DNA of 64,000 nucleotides from Eledone cirrhosa (GCA_964016885.1 OZ024741.1:114948001-115012000), one strand, 5' to 3'. Counted from the first letter of the stretch, positions 27,799-41,655 are shown. Numbers and translations: made by a program. Notes: generated by a model from the sequence alone, not told the origin.

Positions 27799-29703
27799 AT
27801 GTCAAAACTTGGCATTGAAAAAAAGACCGAACCATTCCTCCCAAGAACTCCGAGGATAAATCTCAAGGATCACAAAAGCAATTTTCGCACTGAACTACCT
27901 GTTAGATTAATCGCCCCCTCTAAATCTGATCTAGGGGTTGTTAGTAAAGCCATCTTGGATAGGATTATCCCACAGGTTAGTTCTAATTGCTCTTATTTAA
28001 ACCTAAATTTATGGTTTGGTACTTCTGAAGTGATTGGCTGGTTCAACAAATTGGATAATAAAAACAAACTAAAATTTATTCAATTCGATATTGCCAGCTA
28101 CTATTCCTCCATTTCGCCTTCACTTCTCAATAATGCTCTATCTTTCGCACTTAAATATTCTGACATCACCACAGATGAACTTCACATCATCCTCACCGCA
28201 CGTAAAACCATCCTAGAGTTCAACAACGAATATTGGACCAGAGCCGATACCTCTAACAACTTCGACATCACAATGGGAGCATCCGATTCATCCCAAATGA
28301 CTGATTTAATTGGTATCTTCATTTTGAACTCTTTGAGTCGGAAAATTCCTCAACTTCGCGGTGGAATTTATCGTGACGATGGACTCTTTACTATCCTAAA
28401 TTGCAATATAGTTAAACTTAATATTATTAAGAACAATATACGTAATCTCTTTAACCAACATAACCTAAAAATTGAATTTGATAATAGTATCAAACTAGCT
28501 AATTTCTTGGATGTATCTCTTAATCTTGACACTGGCCTATATTACCCTTACCATAAAAACAATGAGAATCTTAATTATGTTAACTTTAAATCTAACCATC
28601 CTACCAATATCAAGAATGCTATAGTTAATAATATTGGAAATAGAATATCTAACATATCTTCTAATAAAAACATCTTTGATGCTAACGCCAATTACTATAA
28701 TAACGCACTTTCTAAAGCCGGCTATCCAGATAAAATCAAATATAATAAAGAAACAAATTCTAGGAAAACTTACAGTAGAATAATTAATCTTGACCATTCC
28801 AATAATTTTAATAAAAGACCTAGATACAAAAACATAATCTGGTATAATGCTCCTTTCTCCATCTCTATTAATAACAATATTCCTAAATTATTTTTTAATG
28901 CCTTAAATAAATGCTTCCCTCCCTCACATATCTATAGTAAAATATTTAACAAACACACCATCAAATTTTCGTATTCTACATCCTCCAATATTTCCAACAT
29001 CATCTCTAAACACAACAACAAAATATTAAATACTAAATCTCTTCCTTCCAATATTGAATTTCATAATAACAGTAATAGTACTCCCGACGTCATTGTAAAC
29101 CCTAGGCTAACTTCTGTAAACCCAAATACAACGTCAAACACAACTTCGCTAAATGTTCATAATCCAACTCTAAATCAAGAAACTATTATTCCTATTATTC
29201 CTATCGCAAACAACTTCTCCAATCCAATTCCTTCTATAGATAACACTAGATCACTCATTAATAATCTCTCTAATTGCAACTGCCGCATTAAAAATAAATG
29301 TCCTCTCAACAACCATTGCCTCGATAAAAACTTAATTTATGAATGTAAAATTATAACTAGCACCAATTCCTTCACCTATTTTGGCTCCACTTCCACCTGT
29401 TTTAAAGCTCGTCTCTATAATCATCATTCATCTTTCAAATACAAACTTAAAAGAACTAACACTGCTCTCTCAGAACTCACATGGTCCTTAAAAGACAAAA
29501 ACATTAAATATAACATCTTTTGGAAAAAGATTTCTTCTGCATCCTCATACTTGAACAGCTCTCTATCTAAAATCTGTAATCTCTGCCTAAATGAAAAATT
29601 TACCATTATCTCTAACCTAGAATCTATAATAAATAGACGCTCAGATTTGTTTTCTATCTGCCTGCATACATTCCATAGAACTTTTCACAAAGTATACAGT
29701 TAA
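27799..29703 (+). CDS. PLE RT + GIY-YIG endonuclease (5'-truncated, frame uninterrupted)
   Basis: RLIAPSKSDLG, QFDIASYY, DITMGASDSSQMTDLIG, GIYRDDGL, SNHP, CNC..CPL..C, LIYEC, YFG, FKARL. Confidence 0.92.
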   Translation: MSKLGIEKKTEPFLPRTPRINLKDHKSNFRTELPVRLIAPSKSDLGVVSKAILDRIIPQVSSNCSYLNLNLWFGTSEVIGWFNKLDNKNKLKFIQFDIASYYSSISPSLLNNALSFALKYSDITTDELHIILTARKTILEFNNEYWTRADTSNNFDITMGASDSSQMTDLIGIFILNSLSRKIPQLRGGIYRDDGLFTILNCNIVKLNIIKNNIRNLFNQHNLKIEFDNSIKLANFLDVSLNLDTGLYYPYHKNNENLNYVNFKSNHPTNIKNAIVNNIGNRISNISSNKNIFDANANYYNNALSKAGYPDKIKYNKETNSRKTYSRIINLDHSNNFNKRPRYKNIIWYNAPFSISINNNIPKLFFNALNKCFPPSHIYSKIFNKHTIKFSYSTSSNISNIISKHNNKILNTKSLPSNIEFHNNSNSTPDVIVNPRLTSVNPNTTSNTTSLNVHNPTLNQETIIPIIPIANNFSNPIPSIDNTRSLINNLSNCNCRIKNKCPLNNHCLDKNLIYECKIITSTNSFTYFGSTSTCFKARLYNHHSSFKYKLKRTNTALSELTWSLKDKNIKYNIFWKKISSASSYLNSSLSKICNLCLNEKFTIISNLESIINRRSDLFSICLHTFHRTFHKVYS

Positions 29704-30694
29704 TATTCAATTCTTTATCAATTTAGAATCTTTTCTCAAAGGCACATATACATACACCTCTTTAAAATATACCCATCTACCTTACTTTAAAGGGCATTAT
29801 ACACTCTATAATACTTGTTTACTCATTACCCTCATTCTATCTTCTCGTAAAATAATAACATTTGTTTTTGACATTTTGAATATTCATCCGCAATCATTAT
29901 TATTTTTTCTCTCTATCATAAATCTTTTTAATCTCAATTTCATCCTTAATTTATTATTATTTTTTCTCCCCATCAACGAACTCATTATTAATACATACCA
30001 ATTCAATATACAAACTTTAACTTCACATTATTTTTCTCAAATCCTTCTACACTTCTCAAATCCTTCTACCTTAACAATTTTTCTCTTCGCTAATTTTGAA
30101 ATTGCCACAATACATACATTTCTTCTTTTGACGTTAGAATATTCACCCACAATTATTATTTTTTTCTCTCTATCTTCATACATAATTTCCCTTCGTTAAT
30201 TTTCAAATTCCTTTAATTTATACATTATCTTCCAACGGTTCCCAACCTCTCTATATTAAAACAATATATCTTTTTCTCAGTTATAAAAACTATCTCTTTC
30301 TCTCTATCACCCATCTCTCCCTCTCCACCTTCACTCTCATCTCCTCCCCCCTTTTTTTATCCTTTCCACCCCACCCTCCCTAAATAAAATATTTTTTCCT
30401 CGCACATATCCTCCCTTCGTTAATTTTCAAAATTTTTAATTTATACAGTATCTTCCAACGGTTTTCAACCCCTCTATGTAAAAAATATATCTCCTCTCAG
30501 TTATAAAAACTATCTCTTTCTCTCTATCACCCATCTCTCCCTCTCATCTCCTTCCCTTTTCATCCTTCTCCCCCCCCCTCTCTAAATAAAATATTTTTCC
30601 CAATATCACACATCAATCTAAAACCACTTTTCATATGTTGATTTAAAACTGCACTATCAACAAGTGTTTTTTTAGCCTTCATATCATGTTCTCC

Positions 30695-30765
30695 TGTTTT
30701 ATCTGATGAAAACACAAATATTATTGCTTGATGATGTTTGTTTTTGAAATGCGCATAATAAAATA
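30695..30765 (+). ncRNA. type I hammerhead ribozyme
   Basis: TGTTTTAT-CTGATGA(30703)-stem II-GAAA(30746)-TGCGCA-TA-ATAAAATA. Confidence 0.88.
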
Positions 30766-31714
30766 TATGGAACTCCTTTAACCATCTTTTGATCTTATAT
30801 TATATATATATATATATATAGTTATATATATTAGAAAGTGAGGTTTTTTTTACAAAATGAAAAATAACCGAGGTGTCCTACACGAGTGAAAGTATAAAGA
30901 AAAAAAGATGAAATCGAAAATGCAACTGGAGTCTTATTTAAAAAAAAATATATATTTTTTTATTTGGTTCCTTTACCGGTTTCGCAGTTCTTCTGATTTT
31001 CAAAAGTAGAGTTGAGATGGAGGGTCTGTGGTTTTTCTCACGTCTGGTTGGTCTCTGAATGTTACTTGTTTTATATGGAAAAAGTGGCTCGAAATGCCAG
31101 GTTTTTCGAGAAGTAATTTGATTGGTTGGTCAATAATTATAATAATTTTTTTCATATATGAGTGTTTGAATTTCTTTTTACTTAAAAATGTGGTCCACGA
31201 AGGCTTTTTTTAAATAAACGCAATTTGATTGGTTATAAATGAAATTATGGCTGTCACGTGAACAAGTTTTCATTAAATTTTCGCGCTCTTATTTGGAAAT
31301 ACATTCTGTAGCCTTTTTAGAGAATTTTATGATAAGTAAAAGATAATGGTCAAGAGAAATGGTATGGGAATTGTTCTGGTTCAGTGAATATGGTTAGTTC
31401 GCTGGGATGTCAGAATTCAGATTTTCTATTGAATAAAGAAAGTAAAGATATGTATGTTTATTTGTGTGATTGTGTGTGTGTGTGTATTGGAAGAGATTCT
31501 ATTAGTAGAAATGGGGGAGGGGGTTGTGTGTATATGGGTGTTATGTGTGTGGGAGTATGTTAAGATGAGAGAATATATATTTTGTGTGTGTGTATATGTG
31601 TGTAGGAAAGTGATTCTATTAGTAGAAATGGGGGAGGGGAGTTGTGTGTATGGGTGTTATGTGTGTGGGAGTATGGTTAGCATGTTAAGATGAAGAGAAT
31701 ATATATATATATAT

Positions 31715-31787
<73 letters not shown>

Positions 31788-31984
31788 GAAAATGATTCCT
31801 TTAGTAGGATTATTTTTGAATGAACATATTTTCCTTACTTATTCGTATTTGTTCTGTTGTATTGTCAGTGCAAACGTATGTTAAGGTTTATTTAGTTCGG
31901 GTTTTTATTTTCTAAAGTAGGTGTTATGTGTATGTGTATGTGTGTTTGGATGGTTAGCATGTTATGGTGTTGACATAATGTATA

Positions 31985-34900
31985 TTAAACCATATTTAAT
32001 GCTGGTCTATATTTTTGAATAAACATATTTTCCTTATTTATTCGTATTTGTTCTGTTGTATTGTTAGCGCAAAGCTAAAATGGGAAGACTTGGAATTTGG
32101 GTGTCTTATTACTTGCGCATATGTGTAGATATGCGCTTAGTGGTATCTGTCTCGTGGTTGGATCTCGTAATTGTTGGCGATGAACTGTCATTCTGTTTCA
32201 AATTGTGAGTTTAGTTTGTCCTATATAATCTTCATTGCATCCTTTACATTTAAAGTAGATTTTTTGATGAGCAAGTGAAGTGATTTTTTACAGTAAAATT
32301 TTGTCCTGATTTAAATGTATACGTGTTGCCTTCAATGAGGTGAGTGCAGGTTCCACAATTAGAGCGACCATATTTTTTGACACTTGGTTGTGGGTTTGTG
32401 GTAGGTAATTTGGCATTGGTGAGTAATGTTTTCAGTGATTTCGGTTGTCTTTTGCTTTTGATTATTTTGTGCGTTTCAAGGGCTTTTTTCATTCTTGGGT
32501 TTTGTTTTAGTAGTGGGATGTTCTTGTGAATAGTATTGTAAGCTTCCGGATTTCTTGGGTTGTGTGTTGAGATATATGATAGAATATTGGACGTACCTTG
32601 AATTTGTTTCTGTTTTCGTAATTCATCAATGCCTATTGCTTTAGCCCTTTCTATTCCATTATTTATTAGTAATAGTGGGTACTCTCTTCCGAGTAGAATT
32701 TCCTTTAATTCTTGAAGTCTTTTATTTCGCGTTTCATAATTGGAGACAATTGTGCAAATTCTTCTTGCTAGGTTAAAAGGAATGTTCGTCTTCGTGTGCT
32801 TTGGGTGGTTGGAGGTGAATACCAGGTATTGTTTGGAATCTGTTGGTTTGTAGTGTATGTCAGTTTCAATATGTGTGTCTTTTTTTAAGATTAAGATGTC
32901 CAGAAATGGGAGTTGATCTTGGCTGTATTCCATTGGGAATTGGATGTGGTTATTGATGCCGTTTATTAAGTTTTTGAAATCCTTCAGTTGGTCGAGTGTG
33001 TGGGACCAAAGAATGAGACAATCATCCAAGTAGCGTTTCCAATTCTCTGATAAATATTTGTGGAAGTTCAATCCGTATTTTGATTTGGACTTTTCATATA
33101 TCTGGACTTCTAAGTATGCCATGACTAAGTTGGCATAAGTTGGAGCGGCTTTTGTACCCATCGCAGTCCCGGATATTAATTAGTTTGTAAGTACTGCCAT
33201 CGAAATCAAAAAAGTTGTTCTGTAAGATGAATTTTAATCCCTCGGTGATGAAGCTTTTTTCTATTCTTTCAGGTATCTCATTGGGATATATCTCTAGCTA
33301 GAATCCTATTGCTTCTAGTCCGTATTGGTGTGGGATCGTTGTGTAGAGATTCACTACATCGAAAGACACAATAATAGTGTCGTTGTTGACATGTTTGGGG
33401 AGGTGGTTTAAGAGGTCCAGATCGTCTCTTACAAGGCTTGGTATGTGTTTGAGAATTGGTTTTAGTAGTATGTCTATAAAGTTGCTCAGTCTGTGTGTTT
33501 TACATTGTGGGCCCGCTACAATTGGTCTTAATTTAAGGTCTGTGGGGTATTGTGTGTTTACGCAGGTTGAGGTGGATTGTTTACAGGCATCGTTAATCAT
33601 TTTACACTTGTGGATCTTCGGAAGTCCGTAAAGGTTGCTGGTTTTGTATTCAAAATGTGTTAGATAATCGCGTTCCTTTTTAGTTAGGTCTTCCTGGTAT
33701 CGATAAATCAGTGTGTTTAATCTGGTCATTGTTTTTGATTGCTGGTAGTTTTTTACTCTTTCATAGTAATTAGTATTTTGTAAGAGAGAGAACATAGAAT
33801 TTTTATATTTTTCAGCCTCCATAATGACAACAGTACTTCCCTTGTCCGCTTCCTTAATTATAATGTCCGTATTGTTTTTCAGTTCATGGATAATCTCCCA
33901 TTCCCTTCGACTCGTGTTGGGTTTGGGTTTAGGTTGCGGTAGTTCATGGTATGGGAAGGTAGCTATGTGGTCACACAATTTGTCCAGAACTCTGTTTCTA
34001 CCTTTTGTTGGGTTGTAGCTGCTTTTATTCCGTACAATTGATTCGTCGTTATTCTCCTTGTCAAAGAATTCCTCCGTGAGACGTAATTTTCTACGAGAAG
34101 TGTGAGATATCGTCATTTATCTCATTGGGGTTAGAGTATTGTGGTGTTGGCGTGAATTTCAGTCCTTTGGGGATAATTTTTACTTGTTGGGCTGAGAGGT
34201 TTGTATTTGAAAGGTTGATTATTTTCGGTTTTTCAAAATCGGTTTGTGCCACCGGGTGTCGTGGGTCCTGTAGCCTTGGTCTAAAAAAGGATTTTTCTGG
34301 AATGTTTTTTCAATGGTATATCTAATGGTATTTCCCCTGTTGTTGTGTGGTATTAATAGAAGTTTCGGACGTAATGAGCTTCGGTTTGTTGATAGTCCGG
34401 GTTGTAGATTTTGTTCCTTTGTGTGGGTTGGGATCTACGGTTTTGGAACAGGCTCTGTGTGGGCAGGGGTCTACGGTTTTGGAATAGGTTTTGTGTGGGT
34501 TGTGATCTGCGGATCGGGTCCTGCCTTGTGTTCGGGGATCTTCGGTTTTTGTTAGTAGGGTTATAGTTTTGTCTATGGTTTCTGGGATTATCGTTATAGT
34601 TTTGCTGGGGGTATGTTGGACGTTTTGTTACTTTTTTTGTTATTTGTTGTGCATGTGGTGTGTGAGTTTTAGTTTGTTTTAAAAATGGGTTACCTGTATG
34701 TTGTTCATTTTTGAAGTCCATTTCGTAGTTGTTGAACCAGGTGACATTTTTTTCCCATCGCTGGAGGGATATTAGTTCTTCATCCTCACAGTTTTCTTTC
34801 CAAAGTTTTAAGGTTTTTTCGTAGAGTAGGCCTTCAGAGTGCTTTGACATTTCTGTGTCCATCTGTTGGTCGAGTGACTTGAATTTTTCTTCGTTGGAGT

Positions 34901-35413
34901 TGGCTCTTAATCGCAACAGTTGTATTTCTATTTTAAATTTTTCTAACGCCATTTTTTCCCTAAGTTTTTGTTGGTTTTATGGTTCATTCGGGATGGGTTT
35001 TATTTGAAGTTTTTTGGGGAGGATGATTGGGGTAGAGTTTAGCCACTTTTCATATATGTCTGCCTTGCCATTATTTTTTAGGAGATTCCAAAGGGCGAAT
35101 TTGCGGGCTCTGAGCTTTTGAGTCCATAGTTGATTAGGGTGTTTTTCACTGAGTGGACATCTCGTAGATTGGGTTCTAACGGTTGTTCCAGCGTTTGGAG
35201 CATTGTTGTTTCAATGGTTTCGATTAGCTTAGTTAATGCTGGAGTAATATTCGTCTCTTGGGTATTTTCTGTTTCTTCGTGGGGTCCTGTTTTATAGATG
35301 TGTATTTGGTCCACTTTATTGTTCAAAATTGAGAGTTTAGAGGAAATCTTTTTGAGTTCATTTAAGATGTCCTGGTTCAGTGAGTTGTTGTTTTGTTGAG
35401 ACTTTGGTGTCAT
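31985..35413 (-). pseudogene. Neptune-like PLE ORF (long N-terminal extension, RT, Cys linker, GIY-YIG), several frameshifts/stops
   Basis: IKEADKG, YGLPKIHK, LRPIVAG, SFDVVNLYTTIPH, MGTKAAPTYANL, RYLDD, YKPTD..QYL..SNHP, CKGCNEDYIGQT. Confidence 0.88.
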
Positions 35414-35579
35414 TTTCGGTCTTCGTGTGGTGTGTATATATTAGAAAGTGAGGTTTTTTTTTACAAAATGAAAAATAACCGAGGTGTCCTACACGAGTGA
35501 AAGTATAAAGATAAAAAGATGAAATCGAAAATGCAACTGGAGTCTTATTTAAAAAAATATATATATTTCTTTACTTGGT

Positions 35580-35619
35580 TACTTTACCGGTTTCGCAGTT
35601 CTTCTGCTTTTCAAAAGTA
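35580..35619 (-). ncRNA. minimal hammerhead ribozyme, U3-A8 core
   Basis: rc: TACTT-TTGAAAA-GCAG AAGAA CTGC-GAAA-CCGG-TA-AAGTA; the copy at ~30970-31009 has a stem II mutation. Confidence 0.8.
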
Positions 35620-36150
35620 GAGTTGAGATGGAGGGTCTGTGGTTTTTCTCACATCTGGTTGGTCTCTGAATGATACTTGTTTTATATGGAAAAAGTGGCT
35701 CGAAATGCCAAGTTTTTCGAGAAGTAATTTGATTGGTTGGTCAATAATTATAATAAATTTCGCGCCAGTTCGCGTTACAAAGTTCTTCAAACAAGTGTGT
35801 GTGTGTTTTTTCATATATGAGTGTTTGAATTTCTTTTTACTTAAAAAGGGGGCCCACGAAGGCTTTTTTTAAATAAACGTAATTTGATTGGTTATAAATG
35901 AAATTATGGCTGTCACGTGAACAAGTTTTCATTAAATTTTCGCGCCCTTATTTGGAAATCCATTCTGTATCCTTTTTAGAGAATTTTATGATAAGTAAAA
36001 GATAATGGTCAAGAGAAATGGGATGGGAGAATTGTTCTGGTTCAGTGAATATGGTTAGTTCGCTGGGGTGTCAGAATTCAGATTTTCTATTGAATAAAGA
36101 AAACAAAGATATGTATGTTTATTTGTGTGCTTGTGCGTGTGTGCGCGCGC

Positions 36151-36233
<83 letters not shown>

Positions 36234-36360
36234 GTGTGTGTGTGTTTGAATTTCTTTTTACTTAAAAAAAGGGGCTCACGAAGGCTTTTTCAGTTATATA
36301 TATATATAGTTATATATATATATAGTTATATATATATATAACTATATATATATATATATA

Positions 36361-36405
<45 letters not shown>

Positions 36406-36409
36406 CTAT

Positions 36410-37056
36410 ATAATAACTAGAAATTGATTAACATATATAAACATGAATAATCACAGGAGATAATTTTCACAAGCGTGTAACCACGCATAGCAAGTTAGGT
36501 AACAAATAAATAGATACCTTTTAATATATGATTAACCTTCCCTGTATATATTCCATTAAAGAAATATATTTCACCAATTAATCAGATGGTAAGTCACGGA
36601 AAGTGGATATTAATGGATTATCAACAAGGAAGAAGAAGAATTTTCACCTATCCATGCTTACACCGCGAGTTTAAATCTTCAACTGGCTGATGCCACGTGT
36701 TGCTCTTACACATGACAGCAGTCTCGTCTCAGTGGCGTGAATAGGTATTCGACAACTAGAAACATCAGTCAAATTCCTTTCAACAGAATTAACTCTACAA
36801 TTAAGGAGCCGTATTTATATATCTATATCAAACATTAAGATAAATTAAATGAATTTAATCCAAATCGAAATTGTGGGTGTCATGCCATAACGGCGTGCGC
36901 CATATCGCCCGGAAATAAGCTCAAACATAAGTCCAAGCATTTTATAATAACTAGAAATTGATTAACATATATAAACATGGATAATCACAGGAGATAATTT
37001 TCACAAGCGTGTAACCATGCATAGCAAGTTAGGTAACAAATAAATAGATACCTTAT
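36410..37056. repeat. ~1.2 copies of a ~535 bp non-coding unit in (TA)n
   Basis: TAATAACTAGAAATTG recurs near 36411 and 36946. Confidence 0.8.
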
Positions 37057-37108
37057 ATAGTTATATATATATATAATTATATATATATATATATATATAG
37101 TTATATAT

Positions 37109-37202
<94 letters not shown>

Positions 37203-37391
37203 ATATATAGTTATATATATATATATATATATATTGTTGTCTCTATATATATATTGTTATATATATATATATATATATATTGTCATATTTATATATATAT
37301 ATATATATATTGTTATATATATATATTGTTATATATATATATATAGTTATATATATATATATATTGTTATATATATATATATATTGTTATA

Positions 37392-38560
37392 CTTTGGGAG
37401 GGTCATACTTTGGGAGTTGCCAATAAGAAACACACGCACAAGCTGCTTTCACTTCAATTTATTATAATAAATTTATAAATTTAGGAATTTATAAATTTCT
37501 GGTTGGTTGGTTCCACAACCAAATGACTGTTTATATATTGTCAAAGTTCTTTCGTCACACATTCTGTGACCTCTTCAGTGACCGGGGATTCTTTTCTTTG
37601 TTTTTGTGCCTCTCCTTTTTTCTGTCCTACGCCATCTTCTTTTTGTGTGTGAGTTGTGTTCTTAGTTTGCGCATGTGTTACATCCGGGTGTCTGTGTGTG
37701 TTTATATTCGTTTATTTATTTGTTTATTTACATGTTACTGGTTGGTTGTTTCTTATATGTGCGTGTGTGTTTTCATTTTGTCCTTAATTGTAAGTTGTGA
37801 TGTTGCTGTTCCACTCATGTTTTCTATTTAATTTTGGTTGGAGTTCATTTATGTTTATTGCCTCTGTGATTTGTCTAAACATTGCATCTTTCTGTGTGTA
37901 GATTCTATTTTTATTTCTATGTTCTCTAATTTAGCCTTATGTTCTATTTTAGCTTGTTGGTAGAGTACAGATGATTCTTTACTATCTTGAAGGTCTCGCC
38001 AGTGTTCATTTATCCGTTCCCCTATACTACGAGCTGTCTCGCATATGTACACTATATTTTTATCTCTACATTGTCCTTCAGTACATCTTATGCAATATAC
38101 TACGTTTCTAGTTTTACAGTTAATATGGGGGCTTAATTTACAGATTATACATTTCTTATCTATACAGGGGGGTCTTTGAAAAGGGTATGTATTGCTAATA
38201 AGTGTTTTTATGGAGGTACCTGGTCTTTCTACTATCTTAATATTGAGTTTATGTTTATCTAGGGCCCTTCTAAATTTGTAAGCTAATTCACCTCTAGGGT
38301 TTGCATCGATGAACATTACACTCTGGTATTTATTGCTATCATACCATGAGATTATTCTATTAGCCTTATTCCTAGTTATTTCTATTCTATTCCAAAATCT
38401 GCTCCTATACAAGGGACAGGTCCCATTTGTGTCGTTATTTCCCATTTGTTACCATTTGGTTCCTCTATATACTCTGATTTTATCTCTCTGATTGTAACCA
38501 GAGAACTGCATACGGTGAATGAAGTGTTGTATGTGTCTCTCTAGTTCTTCGGAGTTGCAC
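37392..38560 (-). mobile_element. 3' fragment of a third PLE type (thumb + GIY-YIG, ORF 37855-38445) with HHR in the 3' UTR
   Basis: RMQFSGY, PLYR, P.GELA, KIVERPG, C...C..C, NVVYCI.C, YI.ETARS..ERI.EH. Confidence 0.8.
37540..37582 (-). ncRNA. minimal hammerhead ribozyme
   Basis: rc: GTCA-CTGAAGA-gGTCACA GAATG TGTGAC-GAAA-GAAC-TT-TGAC. Confidence 0.7.
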
Positions 38561-39209
38561 AGGCTATAACACCCCACTTGCCTATTTTGTAAGGGGTAAC
38601 CCCTGCTTGCCAATGGAGACGTAAGATCTTCTTTTACATTCTTTTATCGTTTCCTCTATATTTCCTCCTTCCCCCCATCCCTCCCTAGTCCTTCTACCCC
38701 AGTTCCCTTTCTTTGTCGTCGTCTTTTTCTCGCCCACCCGAGGTAGCCCATCGGTCCCTTGTAGCTTCAGCACCCCGACCCCCTCCTCTATTCTATGATA
38801 GATTTGGCTGACTCCGCTTTTTATAGCAGAGGTGTTAGACTTCGGATACTCGCCCCCTTCTCCGACCGCTGTCCTTTTTTTCCGTGCCTTCTATATTTCT
38901 TAGTGGCATCTTTGCTTTAATTTCTCGTTTATCCAGTATTTCTTTCTTCTTTTTCCCTTTTTTTTTGGGGGGGGGGGATGTTCCTGTATTAATTTTCCGT
39001 TCTTTACTTTTACTTCGTACGATCTTGACCTCACACCCAGCTGTAGCTGGCACTACCAACGCATGAATGGGTCTACTCCACCCCCCTCCCTTTTTCTCCT
39101 ACCGGCAGGTTTAGCTACCCCTTCCTCCACCAACGTGCCATCACAGATTTACTACTAACTTGTGATGTGACCAATCCTGGTGATTATCTCTTTGACCATA
39201 TATCGAATT

Positions 39210-39303
39210 ACCCCTTGATAAGTTCGGCTATTTAAATACCAGAATAAATTTTCATTCAGTACAGAATTAGCCGTCGAAACGGCTTGAGCTCAGCCGTTGG
39301 GGT
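39210..39303 (+). ncRNA. hammerhead ribozyme, U3-A8 core (5' pLTR, GUU site)
   Basis: ACCCC-TTGATAA-G..CGGCTA..TAGCCG.C-GAAA-CGGCT..AGCCG-TT-GGGGT. Confidence 0.8.
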
Positions 39304-39488
39304 CTTACTTGTTCCTATTACCCACTCTACTACCCTAAGTATTGAGTACTTTGGTGCGTTATGGTCCACCTGGTTCCTTACCACATTTCCTTCGTTATCT
39401 AGCTCCTATCCCCGTAGTAGAGCACTTTCCGACCCTACCACGCCGTAGCCAGACTTTTCCGCTAAGCTCAATTTCTTTCACCCGCACC

Positions 39489-41655
39489 ATGCGAAAACAC
39501 AATATCGACTTCTCTACCAAGAACATCCCAATCCCACCGAAAAAACTTTACCTTCGGATGCTCTCGCAAAAAATCGATCTATTTGCGAAAAGACTTAGAT
39601 GGAGAACTTTTTTCTACGACAGATTCTGCGACAATCAGGACTTCGGTACCAAGGAGAGATTCGGATTTATTACCTACAAATCTCCCCCCCCCCCCGAACC
39701 CTTTGCTCTCACCCTTCGAGAATGACCTCTTCCAACTGGTCAAGAACCTTAAATTCAAACCCAGACACAACCGATTCCTACAAAAACTCCGTAGCAACTT
39801 AACAGAGTATGATAACACCAATGACATCATGGTGCATTCGGATAAAACTGGGAACCTATACTTTGTCAACCACGACAGATACCACACACTGATCAGGAGC
39901 AGCCTAAACTCCACCTATGAAAAGGCTAACCACTCATGCATCGAGGACATTAATCGAGATGGACAACAAATTAACTCCAGCCTCGGGCTCGCCGACCGCA
40001 CCGAACCCCTAGACCCACGGACCCCCTACTTCACACCGAAGGACTACAAATCCGATTTCGACCGTAAACCATCTATCAGGCTTATAAACCCAACGAAGTC
40101 CGACATAGGGAGAATCAGCAAAAAAATCCTAGACCGCGTGATACCAAAAGTCAAGCAACACGCCCGACTTAGCCTATGGATCAACACCCAGGAAGTTATC
40201 TCATGGTTCAGCAATTTGGAGGATAAACGAGACACTAAATTTATCCAGTTCGACATAGAGAGCTACTACGCTTCAATCACCTTACCGCTACTTACTGCCA
40301 CCTTGGACTTCGCCGAAGCACTTGTGCCCATCACCGACCAGGAAAGAAAAATCCTCCTCCACGCCAGGAAGACAGTCTTACTCTTTGACAACTCCAAATG
40401 GATAAAAAGAGCTCCTGTCTCACCCTTCGACGTCAACATGGGCGCTACGGATTCGGCGGAGGTCACAGATCTTATAGGATTATTCCTTATAGCCAAACTC
40501 ACCGATATGTTTCCTGCTTTCGGTGGTGGATTGTACCGTGATGATGGGCTCCTTACCCTTAAAGGGTACAACCCCAGTAGTACAGATCGGGTCCGAAAAC
40601 AATTAATCAGCTTCTTCCGCGACTGAGGATTTAAAATAACCTTACAAACGTCCCTGACCCGAGTTAATTTCCTGGACGTTACCCTCGATCTCAATAATGA
40701 CTTGTACTACCCATACAGGAAACCCAATGACAACCTGCACTACATCCACCGCCGATCTAACCATCCTAGGAACATCACCAACAACCTGGTCAAAAACATC
40801 TCCCTCCGTATATCCCGTTTGTCAGCTAATGAGAAGATATTCGATGAACATGCGCCTTACTACAACCAGGCCCTTAAGCGGAGTGGTTTCTGGGAGGAAA
40901 TATCCTACTGTCCAGCTCCCATTAGCGGAACCAGCAGGCGACACCACCGCTCACGCAATGTAACATGGTTCAATCCTCCCCACAACGCCGAGGTGACAAC
41001 TCCCATCGGGAAAATTTTCTTTAGGCTCATTGAAAAACACTTCCCACCACAACACCGCTACCACAACATAATTAACAAAAATACCATCAAACTCTCTTAC
41101 AGCACTACACCTAACTTCGCACAAAACATCGTCTCCTCCAACAACAAAAAACTCAACCCCGATGGAAGTAACAACCTAAATAGCAGTGGAGAGCCGACCA
41201 GGAGGTGCAACTGTCCTGATAGATCCAGTTGCCCCCTCGACAACAGATGCAGAGACCGTAATGTGATCTATCAGTGCAACGTGAGCACGGACACCTTCAA
41301 CAAAGCCTATATAGGATTAACCGCATGCGACTTCAAGACCCGGCTATACAAACACAGACATACCTTCCGAAACCCGGCCCGGCGTCACGCCACTACACTT
41401 TCGGGCCACATATGGGACCTCAAGGACAACAACATCAAATATGATCTCACTTGGAAATTACTGTCCAGAGCCAACTCTTACACGGGGGGACGCCGTCCGT
41501 GCAATTTATGCTCGGAGGAAACTTTACAAATGCTCTTTTCGACGGACCAACTCCTAAACAAGAAAGATGAACTGGTTACTGCATGTAAACATAGATTACG
41601 TATGACTTACCTCGCCCTCAAACCCCATAATGACCCGGGGGGGGGGTTAGACTAG
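39489..41655 (+). pseudogene. complete PLE RT + GIY-YIG ORF with one poly-C frameshift (~39690) and one in-frame TGA (40624-40626)
   Basis: ATG 39489 MRKHNIDFSTKNIP..KRLRW; DVNMGATDSAEVTDLIG; GLYRDDGL; frame continues past the TGA (GFKITL..NFLDVTLDL) into ORF 40702-41655. Confidence 0.9.

Larger units (their letters stand above)
27570..30803 (+). mobile_element. 5'-truncated PLE preceded by its own inverted pLTR (27570-27791)
   Basis: ~27657-27791 is the rc of ~30667-30803; ORF 27799-29703; ~240 bp duplication in the 3' UTR. Confidence 0.9.
30830..36130 (-). mobile_element. full-length Neptune-like PLE bounded by direct pLTRs (~35437-36130 and ~30830-31470)
   Basis: direct repeats flanking a broken RT-EN ORF. 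Confidence 0.88.

Noticed and set aside
40624-40626. In-frame TGA as selenocysteine (some Naiad PLEs encode selenoproteins)
   Set aside because: Position is not Cys in the sibling ORFs and I found no convincing SECIS; more likely a nonsense mutation
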